A DNA stretch of 40,989 nt from Kofleriaceae bacterium. Its GTDB lineage: Bacteria > Myxococcota_A > Polyangia > Haliangiales > Haliangiaceae. Position numbers and translations under genes: made by a program. The notes beneath the pieces were generated by a model that was not told the origin of the DNA, searched no databases, and saw nothing but the letters and a program-made list of their open reading frames with translations. Shown here piece by piece: positions 31,709 through 40,588 of this stretch; position 1 is the first letter of the stretch; each line of letters begins with the position of its first letter. The DNA lies in NCBI GenBank assembly GCA_036490255.1, contig DASXEF010000652.1, forward strand, positions 1 to 40,989, given 5' to 3'.

Positions 31709-33601
31709 ATGCCGCGATATGCAGCAATCGGCACGATCGTGCTTGCGGGCTGCTTCGGGCCGAAATCGCACGATTGCGCGAGCGACGGCATGTCGTGGGT
31801 GTGTCCGCAGGAGCTAGCCTGCGCCGCGCCACCTACGTATTGCGCGAACCCGCTCGAGGTCGGAGCGTGCGACAACATGCCCGACGGCTCGCCGTGCCGC
31901 ACCGATGTCGTGCCCGACGGCGTCTGCGTCGATAACGCGTGCCAGATGTGCTCGGTCGACATCGAAGGCTGTCGCCAGATCGGCTGGAATCCGATGACCG
32001 TGCCGAGCGCGAGCTACGCCGTCGTGTTCGCGGCCGGCTCCGGCGATGCGTGGGCCGGCGGCACGACGCTCGTCCACTACGACGGCGCGCATTGGGAGCC
32101 CGATGCGACGTTTCCGGCGCTGACCGGCGGCGCGACGATCACGAGCATTTCCGGCACGAGCTCGGCGCACCTGTTCGTCGGCACGAGCACCGAATCGGTC
32201 TATCACCTCGTCGGCGGCGCGTGGACGACGACGACGACGGTCGCGCTCACGCACGCGGTATGGGCCGCCGGCGACGACGAAGCATTCGCGGTCGGGCTCG
32301 CCGGCGACGTCGAGCACTTCACCGCCGGCGCGTGGACGCAACTGACGAGCACGGGCACGGCCGCGACGCTCGCCGCGGTGTGGGGAACGAGCCCGACGAA
32401 CGTCTACGCCGTCGGCAAGACCGGCGCGGTCATTCACTACAACGGCTCGACATGGTCGGCGACGAGCGCCGGCAGCGGCAACCTCGACGCGGTGTGGGGC
32501 AGCAGCGCGAGCGATCTCTACGTCGGCGGCAACACCGGCATCTATCACTCGCCCGACGGTCAGACGTGGACCAGCCAGGACGCCGATGCCGTCGAGACGA
32601 TCTGGGGCGACGGCAGCACCGACGTGTTCGCCGGCGGTTCGGCCGGGATCCTGCGCAGCGACGGCGGCGGCACGTGGGTGTCGTTGGTGTCGCCGCCGAT
32701 GGTGTCGAGCATCGCCGGCAGCGGGCCCGCCGACGTCTTCGCGGCGAACGGCGCGCAGGTTTCGCATTACACCGGCTTGTGCTGGAGCAACTCGATGTCG
32801 CCGCCGAACGTCGACTTCGCGAGCGCGTCCGCGGCCGGTCCGAACATGCTGTTCGCCGCCGCCGATGAGGGCACGCTCGCGCAGTTCGACGGCGCGATGT
32901 GGTCGACGTACCAAGCCGGCAGCGATTGGATCGGCGTGTGGGCGCGCGCCGCCGACGATGCGTACGCGGTCGGCGGCAACGCAGCGAGCTCTACGGTCGA
33001 GCACTGGGACGGCTCCGCGTGGACCGCGCAACCGCAGCCGGCCGGCCTCGGGCTCATGGCGGTCGGCGGCGACGCGTCGACGGCGTACGCCGCGGGCGAA
33101 GGCCTCGTCCAGGACGACGCCGGCACGTGGAACCAGGTTTTCGGTGCGAACGGAAACACGCTCGGCAGCATCACCGCGATCTGGGTCGCGCCCGATGACA
33201 CCGTGTTTCTCGGCGGTGGCGGGCTCGAGTCGTATCCGACCACCGCCTCGACGACGCTCGCCGAAGGCATGTGGTACGGGCTGTGGGGCGTGTCGTCGCA
33301 AGACGTCTACGCGGTCGGCAACAACGGCGAGATTCGCCACTACGACGGCACCGCGTGGTCGACGCCGATGGCGACCGGCGTGACGGTGACGCTGCATGCG
33401 GTCTGGGGCACGAGCGACGACGACGTGTTCGCAGCCGGCGATTCCGGAACGCTCTTGCACTTGCACGCCGGGCTGTGGTCGGTCGTGCCGCCGCCGAGCG
33501 CGAACGCCGCCAGCTACACGGCGCTCGCCGGCGCGGGCTCGACGATCTACGTGCTCGGCAAGAACGCGACGGCGTCGCGGTTGATCGAGAGCGCGCCGTA
33601 G
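31709..33601 (+). CDS. Lipoprotein with a Cys-rich N-terminal module and ~14 degenerate beta-propeller-type repeats (630 aa)
   Basis: An internal ATG of track ORF 30992..33601 gives MPRYAAIGTIVLAGC (lipobox). It carries about 14 repeats of the pattern hWG.s..DhaAVG..G.h.HadG..W, for example LAAVWGTSPTNVYAVGKTGAVIHYNGSTWS. Confidence 0.8.
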   Translation: MPRYAAIGTIVLAGCFGPKSHDCASDGMSWVCPQELACAAPPTYCANPLEVGACDNMPDGSPCRTDVVPDGVCVDNACQMCSVDIEGCRQIGWNPMTVPSASYAVVFAAGSGDAWAGGTTLVHYDGAHWEPDATFPALTGGATITSISGTSSAHLFVGTSTESVYHLVGGAWTTTTTVALTHAVWAAGDDEAFAVGLAGDVEHFTAGAWTQLTSTGTAATLAAVWGTSPTNVYAVGKTGAVIHYNGSTWSATSAGSGNLDAVWGSSASDLYVGGNTGIYHSPDGQTWTSQDADAVETIWGDGSTDVFAGGSAGILRSDGGGTWVSLVSPPMVSSIAGSGPADVFAANGAQVSHYTGLCWSNSMSPPNVDFASASAAGPNMLFAAADEGTLAQFDGAMWSTYQAGSDWIGVWARAADDAYAVGGNAASSTVEHWDGSAWTAQPQPAGLGLMAVGGDASTAYAAGEGLVQDDAGTWNQVFGANGNTLGSITAIWVAPDDTVFLGGGGLESYPTTASTTLAEGMWYGLWGVSSQDVYAVGNNGEIRHYDGTAWSTPMATGVTVTLHAVWGTSDDDVFAAGDSGTLLHLHAGLWSVVPPPSANAASYTALAGAGSTIYVLGKNATASRLIESAP

Positions 33602-35320
33602 TTACGGGCAGGCGCCGTTGAACAGGCTCTGCTGGGCGAACGTCGAGACCGGGCCGCCGTTGAACGACATGTCGATGTTGTTGATGACGGTGAACATGTC
33701 GAGCAACGACACCGAGCCGGTGCCACCGCCGAGGATCGTGTTCGCCTGCGCCTGGACCGCGCGCACCGTCAGCCCGTTGAGCGGCGCCTGCGTGCCGGTC
33801 AGGTTGCACACGCTGAGATCGCCGAGATGGATGCTCGTCGTCGCGCCGAGCAGGTTGTCATCACCGAACGCGATGTTGAGCCGCATCGTCGCGACCTCGC
33901 CGCCGTACGAGCCCGACGCGCTGACGGTCGGATCGAGCAGGTCCGCGGTGAGCTGACCGGGCGCGCCGGTTGCCGGCAAGAACGTGACGAGGTTGTCGGG
34001 CGCATCCCAGATGATCGAGAACCCGGCCGCGCCGGGAATGCCGATTTCCATCAGGTCGCTTTCGGGGGCGAACACGGCGTCGAACTCGCTCTCGAGCAAG
34101 CCCGATTCGCCGCCGCCCCACGCGATCTGCGACCACGTCACGAGGTCGTTGTCGTGCCAGCCGCAGCCTTGCGTGCCCGGCGTGCACACCACCTGATGAA
34201 TGATCTCGGTGTCGCACGACGTCAGGTTGTCGGGCGCCACGATCGTGTAGATGAGTGGTCCGATCATGTCGCTGACGCCGGTGCCCGTCGCGTGCGCGCA
34301 GTTCGTGATCGAGCCGCCCGACGCGCCCGGATCGTAGTCGGCGGTGACCTTGCCGGTCGCGAGATCGATCTGCGCGTTCGAGAACGTCACGGTGCCGGTC
34401 GTCGCGATATCGGCGACCGCGTCGCTCGTCGTCAGCGTCGTGTTGCCGGCGAGCGTCGCCGGCACGTTGCGCTCGAACAGGTTCGACACGCTGCGCACGC
34501 GATGCTCGTCGGGATCGATCACGCCGTTGCCGTTGATGTCGATGTCGATGCCCGAGCCGGGACCGCCGAGCGCGTGGTTGCCGAACGTGACGATCACTTC
34601 GACGCGCACGTCGTCGCTCTTCGCGAGCCCGAGCACGTTGTTGTCGAACGACGCCGAGAACAGCAGCGGCGTCTCGCTGAACTTCGGCAGCGTGACTTCG
34701 GGGACGAGCGAGAACACGCTGTTCGTCGCGCGATCGAGGAAGTAGAGCTTGCCCGAGCCGGGACCGACGTCGAACGTGCCTTGATGCTCGACGTTCTCGT
34801 CGGCGACGACGTTCGCGCTCGTCGCTGCGAGATCGTTCGTCGCGTTCGCGACGTCCGACGCGATGGTCTCCCAACCGTCGTTCTCGTAACCGTGACGGCC
34901 GTGACCGCCGCAACCGCCGCCGTGGCTGTGGCCTTTGCGCGTCTGCAGATTGACGACGATGTTGCCGAGCGTCGCCGGACCGTTGCCGATGTTCGTCAGA
35001 TCGAGATCGCCGTCGACGACGAGGTTGCCGCCGGTGGTCGCGCCCTTCGTCGTCGTGATCGTCCACGTCACGACCTGCGTGGTCGTGTCGACGCTGCCGG
35101 TCTTCGACAGCGTCCACGCGGTATCGCTCGTCTGCAGCAGATCTGCATTCGAGTGCGTGAGCCAGACGTCCGCGAACGTCGGCCCGTTGGAATGGCCACC
35201 TTGGCCACCCTTGTGATCGGCCGAATTCTCGTCTTGTTGAGTCGAATCAGTGGTCGAATTTCCACCCGAGCACGCCGCCGCCAACATCATCGGCAGGACC
35301 CAGAGAGTTGACCTCATCAA
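33602..35320 (-). CDS. Hypothetical secreted (lipo)protein, 572 aa
   Basis: It starts MMRSTLWVLPMMLAAACSGG (signal peptide with a probable lipobox). It has a Gly/His-rich patch HSHGGGCGGHGRHG and a Ca-binding-like DIDINGNGVIDPDE. Its stop abuts the preceding gene's stop with 0 nt between them. Confidence 0.75.
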   Translation of the reverse strand: MMRSTLWVLPMMLAAACSGGNSTTDSTQQDENSADHKGGQGGHSNGPTFADVWLTHSNADLLQTSDTAWTLSKTGSVDTTTQVVTWTITTTKGATTGGNLVVDGDLDLTNIGNGPATLGNIVVNLQTRKGHSHGGGCGGHGRHGYENDGWETIASDVANATNDLAATSANVVADENVEHQGTFDVGPGSGKLYFLDRATNSVFSLVPEVTLPKFSETPLLFSASFDNNVLGLAKSDDVRVEVIVTFGNHALGGPGSGIDIDINGNGVIDPDEHRVRSVSNLFERNVPATLAGNTTLTTSDAVADIATTGTVTFSNAQIDLATGKVTADYDPGASGGSITNCAHATGTGVSDMIGPLIYTIVAPDNLTSCDTEIIHQVVCTPGTQGCGWHDNDLVTWSQIAWGGGESGLLESEFDAVFAPESDLMEIGIPGAAGFSIIWDAPDNLVTFLPATGAPGQLTADLLDPTVSASGSYGGEVATMRLNIAFGDDNLLGATTSIHLGDLSVCNLTGTQAPLNGLTVRAVQAQANTILGGGTGSVSLLDMFTVINNIDMSFNGGPVSTFAQQSLFNGACP

Positions 35321-35365
35321 AGCTCATACTACGCTCGACCCGCCAACTCGCCAGATCGATCTAAG

Positions 35366-35767
35366 TCACTTCACAGGTGCGGGTTTCGGCGCAGTCGGTG
35401 TCTGAGTAGGACGATTCTGCAGAGCGGCTTCCATGAAGGACCGTCCTTCGAAGATGACGCCCTTGTCGATCTGGAGTGCAGGTGTGTGCAGGTCGCCTTT
35501 CACGCGACCTGGCGCATGAATCTCGATCGACCGCTTCGCGGTGATGTTCCCCACGACGGTGCCTTGGATGATCACTTCGCCGACATCGATCGTCGCTTCG
35601 ACCTGCGCGCCATCGCCGATCACGAGCACGTCTTCCGAGAAGACTTCGCCTTTGAAGCGACCGTCGATCCGGACCGTGCCCTCGAACGTGAGCTTGCCTT
35701 CGAACGCCGCGCCTCGTCCGAGGAGCGTCGTGATCTCGCTTGCTGGAGCCTGTCGTGCAGCAACCAT
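35366..35767 (-). CDS. Bactofilin (DUF583 polymer-forming cytoskeletal protein)
   Basis: 133 aa. It shows the typical beta-helix repeat pattern FEGKLTFEGTVRIDGRFKGEVFSEDVLVIGDGAQVEATIDVGEVIIQGTVVGNITA...IEIHAPGRVKGDLHTPALQIDKGVIFEG, followed by a Pro-rich tail. Confidence 0.85.
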   Translation of the reverse strand: MVAARQAPASEITTLLGRGAAFEGKLTFEGTVRIDGRFKGEVFSEDVLVIGDGAQVEATIDVGEVIIQGTVVGNITAKRSIEIHAPGRVKGDLHTPALQIDKGVIFEGRSFMEAALQNRPTQTPTAPKPAPVK

Positions 35768-35849
35768 GGTGCACGCAAGGTATCAGATCAGGGCGTCGGC
35801 ATAGGCGTGGGCATCGGCGAGATTTCTCCGCTCAGGTTCCGCGGACGGA

Positions 35850-38393
35850 TCATTTGACGAGCTTGGCGTCGATGTCGATCTCGCCCGACGCCGGCCACTT
35901 CAGCGGTAGCGTGTACGGCTGGTAATCCTTGAGGCGAAGCTCGACTTGCTTCGATTCGAGATCGACGTCGCTGATCGTCACCGGCGTGCGGCCGCGCAAC
36001 CGACCGTCGATGTACAAGTCGGCGCCGTCGGGCTTCGATACGCACACGAGCTTGCCGCTGAGCGGCTTGAGATCGGCCATGAACGTGACGTCGCCGCCGT
36101 CGGCCGGAATCTGAAACTGCTCGGTCGCGGTCTTGTGCTTCGCGAGCTCGACGCGAATCTCGATCGTCTTGCCCGCGGTCTCGTTCGGCACGGCGAGCGG
36201 CGTCGTGCCGGCGAGGTGCATGCCGTCGAAGTAGACATCGGCGCCGTGCGGCACCGAATCGACGTGCACCGTCGCGAGTGCGGGCGCGTCGGTCGATTGC
36301 ATCGAGCGAATGATGAAGAACGTCACGCCGGCGGCGACCGAGACTGCGAGCGCGCCGGCGAGCCCGACTTTCAGCCACTGCGGCACGCCGCGCGACATCC
36401 GATACTGCGCCGGAAGCTCGTCGGCTTCGAACAAGCGCAGCTGGCCGGTCGGCGACATCGGCGGCTGGCCGTTCTGCAGCTGGTACAACGAGCCCGGCGT
36501 CACCGTCGGATAGCCGAGCCCGAACGTTTGTTGCGGCGGCGGTTGCGGCTGACCGTATTGATACGGCGCGAGATGCGGCGGCACGCCGGGCACCATTTGC
36601 AGCGGCGTGCCCGGCGGCGGCGTCGTCAGCGGCGCAGGCCCACCGACGAGCGGTGGCGCCGGCAACGGCTCGGGCGTGTGCGCGATCTGCATCGGCGGCG
36701 CGACCGGCAGCTGCATCGGCGACGGTGCCGGCATCGGCTCGTTGCGCTGCGCGCCGACGATCTGCTGCAACACGTTCGGCACGCCGGCGCTCGGCGTCTT
36801 GCGCGACGGCTTTGGTTTGCGCAGCTCGCTGACCGCCGGCGCGTGGATCTTCGCGGCGAGTGCCGGTGGTGGCGCGCCCGAGCGTTGCGCGGTCGCCCGG
36901 CGACTGCGCGCGAAATCGCGCTGCACCGTCGGACCACCGTCGTCGTCGTTGGCGCGGTTCGGCTTCTCGCGCGTCGTGGCGAGCGTCTCGGAGTCGTCGA
37001 GATCGTCGCCGAGCTCGTCGATTTCGTGCGGCTCGGGCGCGCCGGTGACCATCGTCGCCTCGACGCCATCGCCGTCCATCATCATGAAGCTCGGGTTCGG
37101 CGCGCCCGTCACCATCGTGTTCTCGCCGACGTTGTCGAGCTCGTCGGTGCCGAGCGTGTCCCACAGCTTCGCCTTCGCGAGCGGCGGCGGCGGCGACATC
37201 GGCAACAGGCCGCTATCTTCGTCGTCGACCGGTCCGAGCGGCGCCGGCTGGACCTCGCGCGTCGGCTCGTTGCGATCGCGTTTCGCGACCGGCTTCGCGA
37301 TCGGCTTCGGCGCGGGCTTCGCGACCGGAGCCTGCGGCTTCAGATCGTCGAGCTTGAAGATCATGCTGTTCTCGTCGCGCAGCTCGTCGGGGCTGTGGAC
37401 GATGTCGGCGACATCGAGCTGATGCGTCGAGATCGGACCCTCGCGGATCTCGATCTCGTCGGGGACCTCGACCGGATCGCCGATGACTTTCTTGATCAGC
37501 GCCGCGACTTTGCTCGACGTCGAGATCGGCGAGTACGCGTGCAGGAAGCGCTCGAGGTCGGTCGCGAAGTCGCCGGCGCTTTGATAGCGATCCTCTTTCT
37601 GGCGCGCGAGCGCGTGCATCACGATGCGCTCGAGCTGCGCGGGAATTCCGCGCCGCAACGTCGTCGGCGACGCGATGTCGGCCTTGCGCGCCATGTCGAG
37701 CAGCTTGTGCAGATCCTCCTCGAGATAGAGCATCTGCCCGGTGATCATCTCGTAGAGGACAATCCCGGCCGAAAAAATGTCGGAGCGGAAGTCGATCGGA
37801 TCGCCCCAGGCCTGTTCGGGGCTCATGTAGTAGTACTTGCCCTTGATCACGCCGACGGCAGTCTGGCGCGCTTTCATCGTCGCCTTCGCGATGCCGAAAT
37901 CGACGAGCTTGACCTCGCCGGTGTAGCTGATCAGCACGTTTTGCGGCGACACGTCGCGATGCACGATGCCGAGCGACTTGCCCTGCGGCGTTCGCTTCTT
38001 GTGCGCGTGATCGAGCGCGCTCGCGACTTCTTTCGCGATGTATGCGGCGACCTCGAGCGGCATCTCGATGTCGGTCTCCGACGCCTTGCGCAGGATCTTG
38101 TAGAGATCCGCGCCATCGACGTACTCCATCGTGATGTAGAAGACTTCGCCGACGCGGCCGAGGTCGAACGTCTGGGCGATGTTCGCGTGGTTGAGCTGCA
38201 CCGCGATCTTCGCTTCGTCGACGAGCATCTGGATGAATTGCTCGTCCTCCGCGAAGTTCGGGTGGATCATTTTCAGCGCGACATACTTTTCGAACCCGGC
38301 GATCCCCTTGGTCTTCGCGAGGTGGATCTCGGCCATGCCGCCGACGGCAATCTGGCGCACGAGCCGATACGGCCCGAACTGGCGTTCAGCCAT
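35850..38393 (-). CDS. Ser/Thr protein kinase (847 aa) with a Pro-rich linker, a TM segment and two PEGA-like periplasmic domains
   Basis: Kinase motifs are VGGMAEIHLA, VALKMI, HRDVSPQNVLI, DFGIAKA and SPEQ. The TM is LKVGLAGALAVSVAAGVTFFII. PEGA-like stretches are VHVDSVPHGADVYFDGMHLAGTTPL and LVCVSKPDGADLYIDGRLRGRTPV. Confidence 0.9.
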   Translation of the reverse strand: MAERQFGPYRLVRQIAVGGMAEIHLAKTKGIAGFEKYVALKMIHPNFAEDEQFIQMLVDEAKIAVQLNHANIAQTFDLGRVGEVFYITMEYVDGADLYKILRKASETDIEMPLEVAAYIAKEVASALDHAHKKRTPQGKSLGIVHRDVSPQNVLISYTGEVKLVDFGIAKATMKARQTAVGVIKGKYYYMSPEQAWGDPIDFRSDIFSAGIVLYEMITGQMLYLEEDLHKLLDMARKADIASPTTLRRGIPAQLERIVMHALARQKEDRYQSAGDFATDLERFLHAYSPISTSSKVAALIKKVIGDPVEVPDEIEIREGPISTHQLDVADIVHSPDELRDENSMIFKLDDLKPQAPVAKPAPKPIAKPVAKRDRNEPTREVQPAPLGPVDDEDSGLLPMSPPPPLAKAKLWDTLGTDELDNVGENTMVTGAPNPSFMMMDGDGVEATMVTGAPEPHEIDELGDDLDDSETLATTREKPNRANDDDGGPTVQRDFARSRRATAQRSGAPPPALAAKIHAPAVSELRKPKPSRKTPSAGVPNVLQQIVGAQRNEPMPAPSPMQLPVAPPMQIAHTPEPLPAPPLVGGPAPLTTPPPGTPLQMVPGVPPHLAPYQYGQPQPPPQQTFGLGYPTVTPGSLYQLQNGQPPMSPTGQLRLFEADELPAQYRMSRGVPQWLKVGLAGALAVSVAAGVTFFIIRSMQSTDAPALATVHVDSVPHGADVYFDGMHLAGTTPLAVPNETAGKTIEIRVELAKHKTATEQFQIPADGGDVTFMADLKPLSGKLVCVSKPDGADLYIDGRLRGRTPVTISDVDLESKQVELRLKDYQPYTLPLKWPASGEIDIDAKLVK

Positions 38394-39393
38394 CGACGGT
38401 GCCCTGCTTCAGCACCTCGTCGAGCGTGATCTCCGCCGTCGGCCCGCGCTTGAGCATCTCGGCGCCGCCCGGATGCACGAACACGCCGACGAGCCGGAGC
38501 GGAGCTTTCGCGCCGCGATCGAACGTGCACACGACCTCGGTCGCGACGTCGTACGCGACGTTGACGATGTACGACGCCGCCGCGTTCGCGACCAAGTACA
38601 GGCCGAGCCCGGCGCCGTATGTCTTGCGATCGATCTGATTCGGCGAGTGGATGCACTTTTCGATGTACGACAGGATCGTGTTCTTCGCGAGCCGGCCGAA
38701 GCGATCGCGAACGGCAACTGCAAAGGTGTCCTCGGTCGCGGCGTATCTGATCGAGACCGGCCGCGGCGAGCGCACCGTCGTGCGGTCGTGCGGATCGACC
38801 TCGGCGAACACCGGCTTGCCGTCGGCGTCGACCGGCGCGTCGTAGAGCGCGTTCATCAGCAGCTCTTCACAGACCGAGCCGATCGCGTTGCGAATTTGCC
38901 GGCGCATCTTCTGCGCCTCGGCGTAGTCGAGCACGGTCTGGATCGCCTTGCCGCGGCCTTCGAAGTCGCGAATCCGCGCGTACTTCACCTCGGTGCCGAG
39001 CGGCAGATACTTCTCGATGCCGAAGATGTCGCCGGTGAGCAGCTTCTGCGCGGTGACGAACACGCCGTGATCGAGCTCTTCGCCGACGACGACGTGGTTG
39101 ACGCGATCGTCTTTCAAGTACTGCGTCAGATCCGACAGCGACGCCTTCGGCGTGACGACCGTGACGTGCGCGCGGTCGCGCAACTTGGGCAACAGCGCCG
39201 TGAGCGAGCTGATCTCGGTCGCGCTCGCACCGGGGATCGCGGCGAACACGTAGCGATGTGGGATCGCATCGCCGCCGATCGCGCTCGGGCTGCGTACCGC
39301 ATCGACCTCGGCACCCGCGCGCTCGAGCGTCGCGACGATGCGCCGCAGCTGGTCGAGGTCGGAGGAGATCGCGAGGACGCGCTTCTTGGACAC
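38386..39393 (-). CDS. Putative regulator: N-terminal receiver-like/Rossmann-like domain plus C-terminal GHKL (HATPase_c/SpoIIAB-like) ATP-binding domain
   Basis: This is the real part of track ORF 38386..40446. In-frame GTG 39393 gives MSKKRVLAISSDLDQLRRIVATLERAG. It has an N-box-like CEELLMNALYDAP, a G1-like VRDRFGRL and a G2-like YGAGLGLYLV. It overlaps the kinase start by 8 nt. Confidence 0.5.
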   Translation of the reverse strand: MSKKRVLAISSDLDQLRRIVATLERAGAEVDAVRSPSAIGGDAIPHRYVFAAIPGASATEISSLTALLPKLRDRAHVTVVTPKASLSDLTQYLKDDRVNHVVVGEELDHGVFVTAQKLLTGDIFGIEKYLPLGTEVKYARIRDFEGRGKAIQTVLDYAEAQKMRRQIRNAIGSVCEELLMNALYDAPVDADGKPVFAEVDPHDRTTVRSPRPVSIRYAATEDTFAVAVRDRFGRLAKNTILSYIEKCIHSPNQIDRKTYGAGLGLYLVANAAASYIVNVAYDVATEVVCTFDRGAKAPLRLVGVFVHPGGAEMLKRGPTAEITLDEVLKQGTVDG

Positions 39394-39409
39394 GGAACCC
39401 CGGTCTGCG

Positions 39410-39418
39410 AGAATAACA
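39410..39418 (-). promoter_or_regulatory. Extended -10-like box TGTTATTCT upstream of the regulator gene
   Basis: On the minus strand TG-T-TATTCT ends with the hexamer 16 nt before GTG 39393. The box lies directly after the VIT gene stop (39420-39422). Confidence 0.25.
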
Positions 39419-39419
39419 T

Positions 39420-40133
39420 CTATCCCGCAGCGACGCCGAGCAGCCGGCCGATCAATGCAGTCAGCGCCATCGCGATCGCACCGCCGATCGTCACGCGCAC
39501 CGACGCCGCCAGCATCGGCGCACCGCCGAGGTACGCGCCAAACGCACCGAGCCCGGCGAGCCCGACGAGCGACGCTGCGGGAATCGCGTACAGCGCGTGG
39601 CTCGGGACCAGCACGAGGGCCGCAATCGGGATCAGCGCGAACGAGGCGAAGCTCGCCGCCGAGACCCATGCGGCCTGCAGCGGGCGCGCGCGGCCGTGGT
39701 TGTCCTCGATGCCGAGCTCGTCGCGGAGGTGGGTGGCGAGCCCGTCGTGCTTGGTCAGCTGCTTCGCGACCTCCATCGCGAGGTGCGATTCGAGCCCGCG
39801 ATCGCGGTAGATGCCGGCCAGCTCCTTGAGCTCGCCTTCCGGTGCTTCGGCGAGCTCGCGCTTCTCGATCGCGATGTCGGCGATCTCGGCGTCGCGCTGC
39901 GAGCTGACCGAGACGAACTCGCCGACCGCCATCGACATGGCGCCGGCCGCGAGCCCGGCGACGCCGGCGATCATGATCGCGCGCGGCGATGCCTCGGAGC
40001 CGGCGACGCCCATCATCAGCGACGACGTCGACACGATCGCGTCGTTCGAGCCGAGCACGGCGGCGCGCAACCAACCGGTGCGCCCGCTGCGGTGGAGCTC
40101 GTGATGGTGCCGGCGAGCGGCGACGCGCTTCAT
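39420..40133 (-). CDS. VIT1/CCC1-family iron/manganese transporter
   Basis: 237 aa with ...GWLRAAVLGSNDAIVSTSSLMMGVAG... and AMSMAVGEFVSVSSQRD, a central cytoplasmic helical segment, and C-terminal TM helices. This is typical of PF01988. Confidence 0.85.
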   Translation of the reverse strand: MKRVAARRHHHELHRSGRTGWLRAAVLGSNDAIVSTSSLMMGVAGSEASPRAIMIAGVAGLAAGAMSMAVGEFVSVSSQRDAEIADIAIEKRELAEAPEGELKELAGIYRDRGLESHLAMEVAKQLTKHDGLATHLRDELGIEDNHGRARPLQAAWVSAASFASFALIPIAALVLVPSHALYAIPAASLVGLAGLGAFGAYLGGAPMLAASVRVTIGGAIAMALTALIGRLLGVAAG

Positions 40134-40219
40134 CGTCTGCTACGGCATCAGAAAACTGTCGGCGAGTCACGCCGATCCGGTGGCTTACCGCTGGTGCGTG
40201 GCTTGCTTTATCGATCGCC

Positions 40220-40588
40220 ATGAAGCGGCTCTGGCTCGTCGTGCTTGTCGGCTGCCAGACCGGTGCCGTGTCGACCCCGGACGCAGAGCTCGAGCTGACG
40301 TCGTGCGCGATCGAGGGGCCGCCGATCGTGACGACCTGCACCGTCGCCGCCGACTGCGTCTTGCTCGTCCATCTCGAGTGCTGCGGCGCGATCGTGCTCG
40401 GCATCGCGGCGTCGGACGGCAGTGCCGCCCAGGCCGAGGAAGCCACCTACGATCGATGCGAGGAGGCGCAGTGCGGTGCGCGCGGCTGCGCATCGCCGAC
40501 GAAGGCCGAGGACGGCAGCGTGCCGAGCGGTAGCCAGACCATCGTCGCGACCTGCGTCGACGGTGCATGCAGCAGCACGGTCGAGTGA
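40220..40588 (+). CDS. Small (122 aa) Cys-rich lipoprotein, hypothetical
   Basis: An internal ATG of track ORF 39989..40588 gives MKRLWLVVLVGC (lipobox L-V-G-C). The mature part contains ten more Cys residues. Confidence 0.6.
   Translation: MKRLWLVVLVGCQTGAVSTPDAELELTSCAIEGPPIVTTCTVAADCVLLVHLECCGAIVLGIAASDGSAAQAEEATYDRCEEAQCGARGCASPTKAEDGSVPSGSQTIVATCVDGACSSTVE

Noticed and set aside
35946-38429. 827-aa plus-strand ORF antisense to the PEGA kinase
   Set aside because: Same reasoning: Arg/Asp/Leu-rich shadow frame opposite a gene with full Hanks-kinase motifs.
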